From positions 1 to 26,616 of the forward strand of contig JBBRPR010000090.1 in NCBI GenBank assembly GCA_038227875.1: a DNA stretch of 26,616 bases, read 5' to 3'. Source of the DNA: Planctomycetota bacterium. Its GTDB lineage: Bacteria > Planctomycetota > SZUA-567 > H5-PLA8. The notes beneath the pieces are model-generated. The model worked only from the letters and a program-made list of their open reading frames with translations, had not been told where the DNA came from and searched no databases. Of the stretch, positions 26,043 through 26,616 are shown in pieces. The position numbers and the translations under genes are program-made. The first letter of the stretch is position 1. The number at the start of each line of letters is the position of its first letter.

Positions 26043-26297
26043 CTAATGGCTTGCGAGAAATTGTGAGGTTTCAGCCGGCTGGTTGGCGTGTTTTGGACGG
26101 GACAAGACGGCAGCGAAGTTGTGTGCATCGACTTCGGCGGTATCGCGAACGGGCGGCGCGTTACCCTTCACCCCGTTCGCCTCTTCGACAAGATCAGATT
26201 CACGTCGGACTTTTCCTTCACGGGGAGAGGGGATGGCGCCGGTTGGGGAGTCGGGAGTGGCATCAGAGTTGGATCTCTCGAGGGTTGAGCGTGGCAT
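26043..26297 (-). CDS. Possible small hydrophilic protein (84 aa)
   Basis: ATG 26297 with AGGA 6 nt upstream, same strand as the downstream gene. No recognisable motif. Confidence 0.35.
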   Translation of the reverse strand: MPRSTLERSNSDATPDSPTGAIPSPREGKVRRESDLVEEANGVKGNAPPVRDTAEVDAHNFAAVLSRPKHANQPAETSQFLASH

Positions 26298-26318
26298 TAG
26301 ATATCCTGATACCTGAAA

Positions 26319-26488
26319 GGGCGGCCCAGGCCGCGGGCGCTACGCGTGATCGGTGGCGACTCGGACGGGCGAGCTTTGTTTGCGAGGTCGGCACTGGAGC
26401 TTTACGGCCAGCCACCAGTGGCACACAACTGCGGGCCAAATTGCAAACGCGGCGCGTCTCTCGCCCATTCGACATGCTCAGGGCAGGC
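26319..26488. repeat. Cluster of three different REP-like palindromic elements
   Basis: Minus-strand GTAG-led hairpin (26319-26343, GCGGCC/GGCCGC); CACTGG...CCAGTG-GCACAC hairpin (26392-26426); GCCCATTCGACATGCTCAGGGCAGGC (26463-26488), resembling the CCTTCGACAAGCTCAGG repeat type. Confidence 0.45.
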
Positions 26489-26550
26489 GTGTGGAAAGTG
26501 TCCTTATATATAAAGCAACTCTCGACACTGAAAATCAAGGGAAATCTGGT

Positions 26551-26616
26551 GGATGAGCTAATTTGAGCAGGAATGAGAGCGAATGATAGCAAATGAGCGC
26601 GAATGAGCAGGAATGA
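26551..26616. repeat. Degenerate 10-bp tandem repeat running off the window end
   Basis: GGATGAGCTA ATTTGAGCAG GAATGAGAGC GAATGATAGC AAATGAGCGC GAATGAGCAG GAATGA. Confidence 0.75.

Noticed and set aside
26546..26570. Minus-strand ...GCTCATCCACCA resembling a tRNA 3' end or att site
   Set aside because: No T-arm (GTTCRA with stem) or cloverleaf, and it overlaps the decamer array.
24022..26616. Short repeats as a possible CRISPR array
   Set aside because: Units are 7-10 bp in tandem with no spacers, and no cas genes are present.

Overview
GC-rich bacterial window. The protein families and repeat types suggest a PVC-group organism, probably Planctomycetota (inference). It has four parts. (1) Bases 1-4.9 kb are a decayed accessory region: the end of an IS-like element, a 96-bp MITE with the same terminal repeat, and five broken or remnant genes (Kelch, two truncated secreted proteins, FGE-sulfatase and LamG tails), followed by a frameshifted repeat/PKD surface protein. 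(2) Bases 5.0-13.8 kb (minus strand) hold an ECF sigma factor, a FecR-type anti-sigma with a DNRLRE-like C-terminal domain, a heparinase II/III-like exoenzyme and a beta-helix exoprotein. (3) Bases 13.9-20.5 kb are a czcCBA-type heavy-metal RND efflux operon led by a small Cys/His-rich ORF. (4) Bases 20.6-26.6 kb hold a SWIM-SNF2 helicase, an orphan secreted protein and intergenic short repeats. Two signals stand out. Three consecutive, otherwise unrelated secreted proteins end in PKD + linker + the same ~150-aa basic C-terminal domain finishing in GKSG, a candidate unnamed sorting or anchoring signal. A bipartite motif GCAGCCTT-N13-GCAAA(TC/CT)ACT lies upstream of both the sigma gene and the exoenzyme operon, a candidate promoter for that sigma factor. 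All family calls are by eye from motifs; no database search was run.
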